A program made the position numbers and the translations under genes. This document shows positions 1 to 13,443 of a DNA stretch of 64,000 bases, piece after piece. The stretch comes from Zygnema circumcarinatum SAG 698-1b (taxonomy: Eukaryota; Plantae; Zygnematophyceae). Below the pieces are notes generated by a model. The model saw nothing but the letters and a program-made list of their open reading frames with translations, had not been told where the DNA came from and did no database searches. The DNA is taken from positions 4,379,909 to 4,443,908 of the forward strand of contig CM074804.1 of assembly GCA_037447605.1 (NCBI GenBank), given 5' to 3'. Positions within the stretch are counted from its first letter, which is position 1; each line of letters opens with the position of its first letter.

Positions 1-214
1 CTGCATTTCAATCGATAACAGTTCATGTATGGAGCCCATGCAGAATCGAGCAGTCATGAACAACAAGTGCATGCGCGAGCTTTGCCCTTGTCGAAATGTG
101 GCCCTACAAGGTACTCTAGCGGCGAGTCGCCTCCTCGTGGTTTGCGTCTTGTTCCGATGCGGCGACGGCGGTCGATTGCCGGCAAGCAGCGCGTCTGCGC
201 GAGGCGGGTCCTGC

Positions 215-287
215 AACCCTAAAATCTGAAAACCCTAAATCCTAGAACGTTTTGGGCAGCAGACAGAGCATTGCTTTGAACCCTAAA
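215..287 (+). promoter_or_regulatory. Telo-box (AAACCCTA-like) cluster upstream of HSK
   Basis: AACCCTAA at 215-222, AAACCCTA at 230-237 and AACCCTAAA at 279-287, just before ATG 302. Confidence 0.5.
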
Positions 288-301
288 TCTTGGTCTCCGC
301 C

Positions 302-3300
302 ATGGCGGCCGCCCGCTGCGCCCTGCCTCCCGCTTTGGCGCTGCCTCTCCAGAAGGGCGCCAGGCGTCCTCAGGAGGCTGCCACGTGGCGCGCCGGGAGG
401 GAAAATGGCGGCACTAAGCTTCTGCTCGCACGCGAGGCGGAGAGCCGTGATTGGAGGGCGAGGGAGAGACGGTTGGGAGAGGCTCTGGTGAGTTCTGGTG
501 ACTGGTGTGTGTGTTCTGGTGTGTGTCGTGGATTCGCAGTTTCTTTGGAGTAGCACATCATTAAATTCATTTTTACCCTATCATTTCTTGAAGGGATTTT
601 TGCATCTCTCATGGCTCTGCGCAATAAATGCAGGAAAGGATAAAAAAATCCTAAAGCATGCGCAATTTAAGTTCTTTCCTAGCTAACATGTATGCAGCAT
701 AAAATGAAGACGGGCTTCAGAGCTACCGGGGTTCTGCATTTTAAGGTTTCTTAAAGTTTCAGTTCTTGTAGTTACGTACTATTTCTTCTTCTAAAGTAAC
801 CGTTTTTGAATTCAAGTTCTCGGGGTGTTGGGGTCTTAGCGTAAACGAACAGTTTGAGCCTCACATTGACATTTTTTTCCTTACACTGTTAGATTCCTAT
901 TGTTTTTTTTTCGGGCTTCATCGTGTAACAGACATGCGTGTGTCATTGATAATAGTCTATTTTTACGTTTCTACAAATAAGATTCATCTTTTTGCAGATT
1001 TTTTCTGACAGAGTGAACGTTTCGTCTTTTTCTCACCCTCAGCGTCTCCCACCTTTCTCCTTTCTACTTTCTCGTCCACCCCTCTTGTCCCTCTTCTTAC
1101 TCTCTCGTTCTCATCTCCCCGCCTCCCTATCTTTCCTCCCTCCTCTCCTGACCCTCTCCTCTCCTGACCCCCTATCACTCTCTCCGCCCTCTCCCTCTCT
1201 CCCTCTTTCCTTCTCTCCTCTTCACCTCCACCCTCTCTCCGTCCGCCCTTTTCCTCTCTTCCCCCTATCGCCCTCCTCCTCCCTCTCCACCCCTCGCTTC
1301 CCCCTTCGCCCTTCCCCCCTCCCTTCTCCATCTTCTACCTCTTACCCTCTCCCCTTTCCCCNNNNNNNNNNCCCCCCGACCCCCCAAATGGACTAATCCC
1401 ATCCCGCCACGTGGCAGGTGTGCTCTGCAGCGTCTGCTGAGCTGGCCTTCCCCCCCCTCCAGGCGCTGACAGCTGGCGAGCCGCAGCCTTGCTGCCAGCA
1501 AGTCCGCGCGTTCGCGCCCGCCACCGTGGCCAACCTCGGACCGGGGTTCGACTTCCTGGGCTGCGCGGTGCAGGGACTGGGCGACCACGTCACTGCAGAG
1601 GTCTCACTCTCTCTCTCTCTCGCTCCCTTTCTCTCTATTCGCACACTCGCTCTCCCACTTACTCTTTCTCTTTGCTCATTCGCCATTGCCTCAATCGCTC
1701 GTTTCTCTTTCTATCTCTTTCTCTCTATCCGTGCGCTCTTGCTCCCTTTCGCTCTTACTCTTTGCCGATTTCCCCTGTATTTCCCCGTTCCCCTGCCTTT
1801 CCCCTTTCATCTCCCTCTCTCGGTCGCTTGCTCTTTCTCTTTGTTCTTTTCTTGTTCGGCTAATCTTAATACCTCCCCCCCTTCCTCGCTTCCTCTTACT
1901 CCTCTCTTTTCTCTTTCTTTTTGCGCTTCCGTCTTCTACCAATTCTGACTCTCTCTCTCTCTCTCTTCCCCTCCTCCCTCCTCTCTCTCTCTCTCTCTCT
2001 CCCCCATCTCTATAATATTTCTATTTCTGATTTCCCCCGCTGTGAATCGCCCCTTTGCCCCTCTCACTCCTCTCTCTCTTTCTCTCACTTCGCCCCCCTC
2101 TGCCTCTCTGTTATCTTTCTATTTTCTATTGCCTCTGTTTCTTGGCTTCCTCCCCCTCCCCTTCCCCCTCCACTCGGCACCTTCCCCTGGCAGGTGTCAG
2201 AGGATGTACCAGGGGGCCAAGTGGCCATCAAGGAAATCGTCGGAGACGGCGGTCGGCTGAGCTACGTCGCGGAAGAGAACTGTATCGGAATTGCAGGGAA
2301 AGCCACCATGGAACTGTTGGGAGTGCGTTCTCACGGAGTGCTGCTCAGCCTCAACAAGGGCCTGCCACTTGGCAGCGGTCTGGGGTCCAGCGCAGCAAGC
2401 GCAGCTGCAGCAGCTGTGGCGGTGAAAACCCTAAAAGCTCAAACTCATTTTTTCTACTCATTTTGGCTAGTGACTCTACAAAAAGAAGAATGAACTCGTA
2501 TTGATTCTCGTGAATGGGCACCGATCTAAAACGGTGCAAAAAGCTTCATGAAAGAGTCAAAAGTACTTGGAGCACATTTTACATCCTTTGAATCTGGGTA
2601 GTTAGACGAGTAAGAGCACACTTGACCTATGCAACATGCTTGTGAAAGATTTTTAAGACAAGCTGCAAATTGGGGTACAATCAGTATCTGAGTGGTCCGA
2701 ACCTTTGTATATTCTTCATCTCTATGCAGGTAAACGCATTATTCGGCAGCCCTCTGAGCAAAACCGCCCTTGTGGAAGCGGGACTGCGATCTGAGGCTGT
2801 GGTGAGCGGATACCACGCGGACAATGTTGCGCCGGCAATCCTTGGAGGGTTTATTTTGATTCGGAGTTACGACCCCCTAGAAATTTTAAGCTTGTCCTAC
2901 CCAGAAGATAAGGAGCTCTATTTTGTTGTAGCGAGTCCGGCATTCGAAGCGCCAACAAAGGCAATGAGAGCAGCTCTGCCAGCTGAAGTAGGACTCTCAC
3001 TCTTCCGCTCAAATCCGTGCTCTCCCTCCCTTTTTTGTACCTCCCCATCTCCTATTTCCCCTATTCCAACTCCCTCAAGCCCACTGTCTCCTCTACCTCC
3101 TTCCTCCCGTTTCATCGTAGACAGCGCTCAATTTCCCCCCTCCCGTACACGGTCCCCCCTTCCCTCATTCGTTTTCCTCCCTTTCCCCTTCTTAAGCCCT
3201 CTCCCCCTCCCTATCTCCGTCTCTCCTCCCCTCCCCACCCACCCCTCTCCCTCCCCCATCCCTCCCCCTCCCCCACCCACAACCCATTCGACAATGACAT

Positions 3301-3863
3301 TACTGTTTCTCCTTTGATTCAGTACATAACTAATTCGTATAATTCGCCTTTCTTGTTCTGCCAGGTGAGCATGAAGGCACACGTGGCCAATAGCAGTCAA
3401 GCAGCAGCGCTTGTTACAGGAATACTGACGGGCAATGCAGAGCTTCTCGGCTCGGCGCTTGGTAGGTCACAAATCCCACAGATGCCCTCCCTATGCCTAT
3501 TGGGTTTTTTAATGCCCTTCTTCAAGCAGCGCGAACGCAGTAATGTACATTGACGAGGAAATGTGATGTATGTTGCCTCCTTTTGTGGGATTTTCAGCTT
3601 CGGATAAGATAGTGGAGCCAAGGCGAGGCCCCTTGATTCCCGGCATGGCGGCAGTCAAAGTCGCTGCGAGTTCTATGGGAGCGTTTGGCTGCACCATTAG
3701 TGGGGCGGGGCCGACAGCTGTCGCAATCACAGACTCCCTCGAGAGAGGGAGCGCCATAGGGGAGGCTATGGTGGCAGCTTTTCTCCAACAGGGGAAGCTG
3801 CAGGCCACTGTTTCCGTGCAGGCGCTTGACAGAGTGGGGGCTCGGGTGGTGGACCAGAGGTGA
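302..3863 (+). CDS. HSK: Homoserine kinase (GHMP family), plastid-targeted; about 6 exons
   Basis: Spliced exons give APATVANLGPGFDFLG, the GHMP motif KGLPLGSGLGSSAASAAA, YHADNVAPAILGGF and GCTISGAGPT, with stop at 3861-3863. ATG 302 (transit-peptide-like exon) is inferred. Confidence 0.9.
1362..1371. other. Assembly gap (10 N) within a poly-C/CT tract; equivalent gaps at 9993-10002 and 37916-37925
   Basis: Runs of n flanked by C homopolymers. Confidence 0.99.
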
Positions 3864-4793
3864 TCGATTGTTATGAACAATTAAGTTTTTTTTTTGTCTA
3901 AAGGAAATACAGTAAAGAATTGGATCATCCGCTTCAGTATTTTGTTGAGGGTGAACATGGAGGATGAACCTTCAGAAGCTCGAGAGGACACTTGGTGGTA
4001 TGTGCGTCTGGCGGTTTCTCGTCATGAACTCCGCTTGCGGGTTTTTAAGTTGGGTTTCCATAAATGTCAAAGCTTACTATACAGAAGTGTCAGTAATTGC
4101 TGCTCGTAAACACATCAAATGTTGCTGCTCGCAAACTGCAAAAGAGTCATTCAACCACCTTTTGCCGTCACTGGCGGTCAGGAGGTTACCAACTTCCGAT
4201 GCATGAAGACGGGCCCCTGCCAACCCACTCGAAGGTTGCAAAACGCGGATCGCCCACAGTCAGTTCCATGTCCAATGTTGGGCGTAGCGTTCCCTGGAAG
4301 TTGCCGCTTTCTATGTCAAAGAACGACAACTTTTAGTATTTTTGGAATTTCACAACTGCGCTGCCATGGAGCTGGCGGCGCCGCCAGACGCTCTGCGGCG
4401 CCTCGCCGCGCCATCGCCCGCTTTGAAAGCTTTCCTCCCCCCCCGGCCATGGGGCCCCTTCGGCCCGCTCCCTCCTCTCCTCTCGCTCACCCCACTCTTC
4501 CTTCCGCCTTTTCTGCTCCGTCGCCGCTCCCGAACGAGGTAGCCCTCCTATCACCTCCACTCTGCAAGGTCAGGGAGGAAATTATCGGGGCTTCGTGGCG
4601 CTTCCTTCTCCTCCTGCTGTTTGTACACATCCATTTTTTTGAATGCTCTGGCCTAATAATGTTTTTTGATTTCTCTTAAATTTGTTCACATTGAAATGCA
4701 GACATTGGAAAGGAGGCTGGTGGTAGTCCTTCCAAAAATTCTACCCTCACTATTTTCGAATATTTGCATTTAATTGCTCGGTACCTGGCTGCC

Positions 4794-7448
4794 ATGGCGG
4801 CTTCCCAGCTGGCAGCAGGCGGCGCCACGCTGGTATGCGCGTCGGCAGCGGGTCAGCTGCCACGTGGCAGCATTTGCCACGTGGCGACTTTCCTGAGGGG
4901 TCCGAGCAAGCTGCCGGCCCAGAACCCTGGCATTGCCGTGGAGGGAGGCGCCTCCATTAGGGTTCAGAGGCGGCGGAGGAGCGGCCTCGCTTTCGCGGCT
5001 GCCGACGGAGCCGCTCAGCGAAACATGGAGGACATTTCACATAGTGAGTTGTGGGCTGGTCCTATGTCACAGTTAAGTTACAGTTACAGTTGCCAGTTAT
5101 AGTGATAGTTGCATCCGCATATTATGGCAGAAAGACATCGCCATCTGTCAAGCGCCCCCTCTTCCCACTCGTTTTTTGAGTCTGTCGTATCTAAGCAGAG
5201 CCCTTAGGCTGAGTTTCTAATTTTTGTAATGTTGGGCTCCCTATTTCTTTACATAGCTTGATTTTTTTCTCTTCATGTGTGGGCCTTTGCACAGCTTACC
5301 TTCCAGCTGCGCCTTTTTACAAAGTGGAGGCCATGATCCGGCCTTGGCGCCTCTCCTTTGTCGCCCAGGTGAAGGAAATTCAAATTTAAGAAATAACAAA
5401 GGTTTAAAAACGACATGTCGTTGAAGCAGACACTAAAATGCAAGAAGGGTAGGAGAGGGCTATTAATTGCATTTAAAAATAGAAGGGAATAAGAAATGGA
5501 CTTCTAAAGAATTTGAGGGCCGCCTTTCTATGTCCATGGAAAGCAATTAGAAGCCCGTCCGTTTGCTTGTTGAATGCAGTACAGACTTTCTCAGCAAAAT
5601 TAGGACCATTTATTCAGAAGTGTGCGGCCAGTGCTGCTCACATTGGCAAAGCCTCTTGTCAATAATCCGTAGAAGCTTAGTGGACTATTTGTAGGTTAGG
5701 TTGTGCCCTAGTTTTTCCAGTGAAAAACTTGCAAATTTTTCATTTTTTGGTTGGACTTATTTCATGATTTTTTTCGTATAAGCAGTTCATCTATATTTCG
5801 GCAGCGAGTTGTGGAGTCTCATTTGTTAATCCAATTACTCAAAGATTTTTAGGGTTACTTCCCGTTTCAGCTTTTCAATAAAAGCTTGAGGTTGATCGTG
5901 TGTAGGGTTCTGGGGTATACCTTTTCAGGTGGCCAGGATTTGACAGTCTTAGACCTTTTTCGGGTCTTATTTCTAAGTTCGTCGTCGAGGATTGATCGAT
6001 CGATAAAGGGATCGTGGAATAATTATTTATTTCTTTATTTATTCAAAGAAATTGAGTAATTTGGTGTTCTATGTGAGCAGGCGTTATTGAAAATGGGCAT
6101 TCGAGGAGTGACTGTGTGCGATGTGAAGGGCTTCGGATCGCAGGGCGGTTCCCGGGAGAGGCAAGCAGGTACTTGCAAACTCAGTAACGATGCTGTCGTT
6201 TGTTCGTTTTTGCTTTGGGCTTTTTCGCTGATTCTCGATCAAGCGAGCACGCCCCAACATTGCAGGGAAAGACCTTCTTCACCTGGTCGACGGTCTGGAC
6301 TTGGTCGATCTCCATTAAACAGCAAGCGGCTTGTAAAGATGGAGTTTTTGGCTGCTTTACGGGTTACGAGGATTTGGTTGGTCTTTTCATGAAAAAAGGG
6401 TTGGGTGCTCCTCGGGGGTGTGAGCGGACAGGCTCCGAATTCACAGATGACAAGTTTGTTTCGAAGGTGAAGCTGGAAGTGGTGGTCGTGCATGAGCAGG
6501 TGGGCCCCACCGTGCAGCCGTTGAAGCAGAAGAGGTTCACTGTTTGAGGCTCCGGAAGTCAGAACTGCATAAGGGGTAACACTTACTAAGTGGGTTTATT
6601 CATAGAGGAACAGTTTGATTGGAAGTTCTTTTATTTTATTTTTTTGTTTCTTTGTTGTTTGTTTTTTCTCATCGTAAATGTCTGTGATACGACAGGTCGA
6701 TGAAGTAGTGGACTGCATCATCAATGAAGCCCGCACTGGAGAGATTGGGGATGGAAAAATTTTCAGTGAGTTCTGATTGCAGCTGCTGCTGTGCGGATAG
6801 TGATCCTCGTTGCAAGTACTTTAGAACCTGAATCGCGAGGACGAATGTGAACTCCTGAACACTCGCACAAACTATCCCGCGCTAAAACTCCAGCCGAAGG
6901 CAAGGTCGAGGAAATTTAGGGCTCATAAGGTCCCATGAGATCACTTAATATTGAAACGACGACGTAGCAAGAAGCAGACCTAGACGAGTGACGCTGACGC
7001 AAGCATAAAGCTGAAGAGCTAAGTTTTTGAAATTTATCTTCTATAAATCTATGTGTTGGGTCATGGGATGCAGTTTCGCCGGTTTCCGATGTGATTCGTG
7101 TAAGAACAGGTGAGTCGCTGGGATGTGATTTACAGCTTTGGAGAGAGTGGGAGTGGGAGATTTAGGTGCACTCTAGGGATGGAGTGGGCCGGTATTTTGT
7201 TTGAAAACTCGCTGTTTTTAATCACAAAACTGGAATTTGTCTGAAAGGAGGCAGGAAGATTACGAATGTGTATTTGGTCAGTAAAACCTAAGCTCTCGTT
7301 GGCAGGAACCTATATTCCTTCCTTTATATATATATTTTTTTTCCTTCTTACAGGAGAACGAGGGATTGAAGCCGAGAGGATGGTTGGTGGAAGAATGGAG
7401 ATTCTCGCAGGAGGATCAAAAGCTACGACGGAGAACGGAACTGCATGA
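4794..7448 (+). CDS. GLB1: Chloroplast nitrogen regulatory protein PII; about 7 exons
   Basis: Exons give FYKVEAMIRPWRL, MGIRGVTVCDVKGFGSQGG, SEFTDDKFVSKVKLEVVV, ARTGEIGDGKIF, SPVSDVIRVRTGERG and C-terminal EAERMVGGRMEIL. GT-AG phases are consistent. The start ATG is inferred. Confidence 0.92.
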
Positions 7449-8734
7449 TGAGCCACAGAAACGGTTAGCGGTGGACGAAGGTCAGACGTTCTTGTGTATG
7501 TAAGGGGCGGTCTATCCGCTCCTGCATTTTTTGTGGAAAGAAGACTACTTTCGAACTGAGATATAGAGAGAGTGTGCAGGAGTGGCGGCTTAAATCAATT
7601 CAATGCAATTTTCAATTCCCCTCTTCTAAGGCAGAAGAAAACGTGTTTGAGTGCTGAGTGTAAAGTCAATGACGGAAGTCAGAACTGGGGGGTTTTGAGG
7701 GGCTTGACATTGTCACAAAGGGCTGAAAAGGCTTGTACTTTTTCGTCTCTAATGCTTTTTGAATAGGTGCAGACATAGATCCTGCCATCTCTATTTAGAA
7801 GGAAGTGTTTGGCCGGCCGCAATGGCAGGAGGCTGAAGGTCAACGAACTGTCACTGCTGCGCTGAGCTGCTTCACTCATCCCGTGACCCGGCCCTCGAGC
7901 GATAATGGGTTGGACATCTATGCGTGGGATGTGGGCACTTTTTTGTGATAAAGGATGAAATTCCGAGCAGTGGTTTGCTCTTGATACTCTTTTTGCGTCG
8001 GACTTCGGATTGAAACTTGGAAAGGCATTGGTTCTTATCGTACCTGCCAAACCCGTCACATGGAACATTGGAATAGCGCAGACCAGAGTACAGAATGCGC
8101 AGTTGGCGTTCCAACATGTTTTGAGCGTACAAAGCGGCTCGTTTTGAGCGAGGAGCCAAACTTGCGCGGGGGTGGCTGCTGATACAGCGCCGCGACTCTG
8201 CTGTTTTTCCGATGCCTCAAAGCGTGCGGAATCTGACGGCCCAAATTGTTCGGACAAACGTACGGTCCCGTTCTGTTTGCTTTTTGCCGCTCTCATCAAC
8301 TCGCCACTTTTCTTCGTTGTGGACGAAGCATTATTATTATCATGAGACGGCTGTGAGCTGTGAGCTTCGGAGCCTGGGCGGATTGAAATGCGCTCCGGAT
8401 GACTGTTTGAATTCTTATTTTCAGGCGACATGAGTCGAATGCTTCTTTCTGATTGAAACCATACTTGGAGAATGAATGTTTCTCCAAGGGCAAATGCAGC
8501 CTGGGAAGGTCCTTCCAAAAAACAAATAAGCGCAGTAAAAATGACACGGCTTATATTGAAGGTGAAAACAAATTACATGGATGACTGGATCACATTTAAA
8601 AAAAAAAAAAAAAAAAAAAACCCCAAAGAAAAGACGCAAAAACTAAAAAAAAATTATGAAACAACGATGAAGTGGCTTGCCCCTTCTGCAATTGAAGGGG
8701 TGCTCTGTACTTTTAAAAGACGCTCCTCCCTTTG

Positions 8735-11700
8735 CTAGCTGCTTTCGAGCTTCTGATAAGCTGGCAGGTCAGCCACTGCTCTCACCGTACTCTGCGCCAA
8801 TGCCTGCTCCAACTGGATGCGAACAGCTGAAAGCACCGCCTGCAGACGCCACCCCAAGCTCGCACAGCATTACCATCCCATCTCCATGCATTTCAGGGTT
8901 CAGAATTGAAGTACTTTTTGGGGTTCAGAACTAAAGGGCCTCCACGTGCTAGGACGGCGTGGGCCGCTCAGCCCAGAAAAGACGCGGACGTGCATTTGTA
9001 TTTACAGCCAAAGAATAGTGTGAAAATACGTGTATATTCAACCAGATACGTTAGTGCGTATGGCTACATCAGCGAAGCGAGTAGACTTACGTTAAATTCC
9101 ATGTACGAAGCCCCCATGGCCAGCCATTGAGCATCGAGCATTTCAAAGGCCACGCAGTACAAGTTGTCAAAGGCCTTTTCATCCTCTGGAAGCGTCAGAC
9201 AGCCACACCATTAGAACCACCTCGTTTTATGCAAAGCGTCTCCTCAATGCTTCAGCCAGCACTCGCTGCCTTGCCAACACTCGGCTCAAGGCACCAGCAC
9301 AGTACAGGGAGTTCAGGTCACAGCTTTAGGGTTCCAGGATTTCGGGTATTGGGAAAGTCGAAATTTCAATTTGTTTGACATGTTGAAATTCCTGAAGGTG
9401 AAGTAAGTTTGGGCTATGTTAAAGAAAACTTCAGCCTTAGTCTCAAAAGTCCGAGGCCTTGCTTCCCAATTTAAAATATAAAGAAGGGGCAAGTGCAGGT
9501 GGGAGGCAGAGGGGAGGCAATAGAAGAGGAAAAGGGAGCAGGGAGGAGTTACGGACAGGAGAAGGGAAAGGCAAAGGCGGGAGTAGGTGAGGAGGGAGGG
9601 AGTCGGAAGGGAGAGAGGGAGGGGGAAACTGGAGAGGACGAGGGGGAACGAGAGAAATTCATAACCAAAAAAGCAAAGACTCACCACCGAGTATGCGTAC
9701 GAACCGACGTCCTGCGAATGTGTTGGGTGTGACTGCAATTTGCACCCAAGCACTTTGAATTCAATAAAAAACGACACTTATGCTCTGGAAAGTGAATCCT
9801 AATCTCCCAACCAGAATCTATAGCTTAAAAAACAAAGCTCCAAATGCAAAATCCTGGTGAACTGCGAGACTCAAATACAACGAAACTCGAATCAAAACTT
9901 CCTCAGCCAGAGACCGCCCTTATTTTAAGCTCTAAGGGCAGAGTTTCCTGGTTTTCTGTCCTCTCTCCTGCTCCACTCCGTCCTCAATTTCCNNNNNNNN
10001 NNTTCCCCCCCCCCCCCCCCCCCTCCCTCCCTCACCCGCTCCCCCTCCCCCTTCCCTCCCCTTCGTCCTCCGTTCTCTCAGCCCCTCACCCCGCGCCCCC
10101 TCCACTTCCCTCCTCTCTCCTTCTCCCTCTCCCACCTGCTCGCAGATCAAGCAGCTGCACCAGCATGAAGGTGATGTTCAGCCCCGCCACAGCAAAGGGG
10201 TACTCCCACTCGGACCGCTGCCCTTCCTCTTTGTTGAGGAGCCGCCGGAAGGAGCGCTGCACACCAAGGACTCCCTCTACTGTCAGAGCGAAGTCCTGAA
10301 CCCATTAGAGAAGCTCAATACAACTAAAGGCCCTGACCCCATAAAAACAGAGACTCTGCAGCTGCGTAATCTCAAAAATTATCTAGAAACTCCTGACACA
10401 GCAACTCAACAGGAGCCCAAAAGGGCCAGAACCCTCTGAAAGTCTGTCAAATTGAAGACCACAACTTCCTAGGAGAGCAAGGGAACTTGCCGGAAACCGG
10501 TATGCAAAGTGGAGCAGGTTCTCCAAAGAGATGTATCCACCGCCGCTGCCAAACAAATGAAAAAAAAAGCGATACAGTTTGATCAAATGCATGAACGTAT
10601 TCACTCATGTATGCACGGCCATCTACTGCATGCTTTTCTCTTTTGCTTGCACATCCTGCACCTCGTCTCATCCCACCACGGGTGCATCCACTACCTCCTT
10701 TAGGAAATCCATTTTTCTTTATAAATTTGCGCAAAAGATGCAATCTTGAAATAAGCTCCCATTTCCAGGTGAGATCTTTCAACTTAATGAACATAACAGA
10801 AAAGGAGCACAAACGCATGGAACAGCCTTCCAACTTACCGAAAATCTGTTGAAGGATCCGTCCCCTGCCAGCCCATATCCTTCCACTGGTGACTTACCAT
10901 TCCTGTCAACTTCTTGTCAGGATAAGCTGCACGCCAGAGGGCTCTCAGAGCTTCCTGCGTAGCACGAAAACCATTTTGAGAGCTGAAACACCCAACCTAA
11001 GATTGCAAAAGTGCAGTAACCAGGCTTTCCACATCTTGTACTAGAAGGCTTAATACCCTAACGCCCAAAACTATAGTCTCGACACTGCAGATACTGCCAA
11101 ATTACGTGTCTAGGAATTTCTCAAAGGAAGTAAATCCACATCCAGTACAAGTCTTTGAAAGCTGTATAAGCTCAAAGACTACAGATTGAACATTGGGATT
11201 AGGCAGACTTAAAAACCCGACAAGCCTTTTTGGCATTGAAATGACGAGCGGTAATGCAAGAGAAGCCAACCTGATGCTCTTCCAACGATCCATCAAAAGG
11301 AACTGTGAGACGTTTCTGCAGTTTGTGCAAATTTTCCTCCTGCTCAGGAGAGAGCATCATTGGAGGGAGCTCTAGCTGCCGCGCTTTTAGTAGAACTAGA
11401 CCTACCATAGAACCTCCAATCCCAGCCAAAGCTGTTCCAGCTCCTCGAAATACCTGTCCTGAATATCAAACAGAACATGATCGGGTGTTGAAAAGTTGAC
11501 AGTTCCGAGTCTTTGCGATATTTCAGGATTTCCTAAAGCCTGCTTAGGTTAAAGTATTCATGGACCAGGCAATCATTTCTGGAGCCAAACTGGAAGAGAA
11601 AGAGGGTGGGGGGATGGGGGGAGCAAGAGGAGGCACTCACTGAACCAGACCATCCACTGTGCCACCAAGTTCACTAAATTCTCCTGCCATGCCCTCAGCT

Positions 11701-12895
11701 CCAACAATTTCTCCATCTTTGGTTTTGCTACTGCTCCCGTGATCTTCGTCTCCTTTACCTTCCCTTCCACTGTGGCTGCCGGCTGAAAGGCGAAAAGAAA
11801 AAAAGAGGTGAGGGAGGAAATCGAAAGTTTAATCCATGTTGATATGTCAAGATGTCTATTTCCCAAAAGTTTCTGCTTTCGAAATTCATGTTATTATATT
11901 AAATATTTCAATCCAAATCAAAACACACATGGCTAGCCGTCATTCGCATGCATGATTTCTCCTCGATAGACGTAGTCCATCCAATGTATATCCTGTGAAC
12001 CTACCGCCGTAAATTGAAAATTGGCGCGTGTGTTTTTGGAAACCTAACGAATCATTGCACTGACTCGTGATCAAGTTAACTTGCATAACGTTATAGACAC
12101 TGTGGGTAGGAATGCCACTTAAAGGAAACATAGACAAACGTAGGTAAAATAAAAGCCTTCTTGACAAAGGAAAAGTTTCCAAGATCAGGGATTTCTTCAC
12201 AACTTGGTTCCCAAGGACAAGGGAAAAAAATTCGTCGCTGTCCTGAGGCCATTTCCAATGCTTTGTCAACCTAAAGTGGGGGATAGAAAAGATGGGGAGA
12301 AGACGAGCAGATTGGAGTAGAACGAAGGGGAGGTTGGGGAAAAACGAGAAGACGCTTTGCTTGATGTAGCCATGGACAAAGGCCCAAGAACTGAAAAAAG
12401 TGCATAAAGAGATAATTGATATATTGTATTATAAGTACGGGCTACTCAACGAGCTGCATCTGACTTGAGAACAGTAAGAATGCCCTCTCTATGCCTACAC
12501 TGTGTACCTTTTCCTCTCCTTTCTTCTATCCCAGTTTTCTCATGAGCTGCACATACAATGCATCTCTCTCTCCCTCACGTCCTCACTCTCTCTCACGCGC
12601 TTCACAAAGCGACTTTCGCCCATACATATGAGGCCTGCAGCAAAACTTTAACCTAAATTCCAAACCGCCACGGCAGCCATGGATGGCTGTCCGCCGACAG
12701 CCTCCCACTTATAGTCGCAAAGGCTCGCAGAGAATGGCCTAACTGAACTGGAACTGAAACGGCATCATGGAGTCTGTGTGAAGCACTTACTCCCTTCGGC
12801 GACTCCTCGTCGGCATCTGTCAGCAGCGGCTCCGACAAGCCTCCAAGGATCTGCTTGCTACTGCGCCGCCGTACGGCGTTCGTGCCCCCACTCAT
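8735..12895 (-). CDS. ELMOD: ELMO/CED-12 domain-containing protein (ELMOD family)
   Basis: Exons give LSPEQEENLHKLQKRLTVPFDG, ALRALWRAAYP, WKDMGWQGTDPSTDFR, GGYISLENLLHFA, RSEWEYPFAVAGLNITFML, AFDNLYCVAFEMLDAQWLAMGASYMEFN and last exon AVLSAVRIQLEQAL...DLPAYQKLESS*. Confidence 0.88.
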
Positions 12896-13108
12896 CGTCC
12901 CCTGCAACTCTAGCCTTCAATCCCAAAAAATGACGGATTGCCTGCTCCTCGCAAGGGCGCAAGCTCCCTGTGACAAGGCGTGACGCAAGATGCTGCAAAA
13001 TGGCGTGGCCTTTAGCGTTGGGTTCAGGGCTGTCGGCACGTAATGAAGCGGAGGGTCTTGCTTTTTAGGGTTTGCTGCGGAGCCAGCCAGCCGTGTTCTG
13101 CAAGCAAG

Positions 13109-13143
<35 letters not shown>
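13109..13143 (+). repeat. (CAGG)n microsatellite
   Basis: Tandem caggcaggcagg seen directly. Confidence 0.9.
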
Positions 13144-13443
13144 CCGCGCGGGGGCGCTGCCGGGCCGACCTTCGCCGCGGCGCGGACTGCGGGCGGGTGG
13201 GCGGGCGGGCTGGGTCCGGGCGGTCACCCACTCCGTGCTTGCGTGCGCGCGCGCACCGTACCGCCCGCCGTACGGGGTACGGGACACGCGCCGGCTGGCG
13301 CTGGCTGGCTGGCTGCGGGATTCGGGAATCGGGAATACGGTACGGTACGGCAAGGTGCCGTGAGCTGGCGGTTCGGCGCACAGCTGGAACTGCGCGCCCA
13401 GCGCAGAGCAACGGGTCGGACCATGGTGAGTCGTGCGATCCGA

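Noticed and set aside
4369-4575. Upstream ORF or extra transit-peptide exon for GLB1
   Set aside because: GC-rich and low-complexity; no convincing acceptor joins it to the 4794 exon.
302-7448. HSK next to GLB1 as a plastid amino-acid gene cluster
   Set aside because: Only two genes, in different pathways; the adjacency is plausible by chance.
8051-8085. AIPMFHVTGL resembles an acyl-CoA synthetase motif
   Set aside because: No other adenylation motifs in the ORF; probably coincidental.
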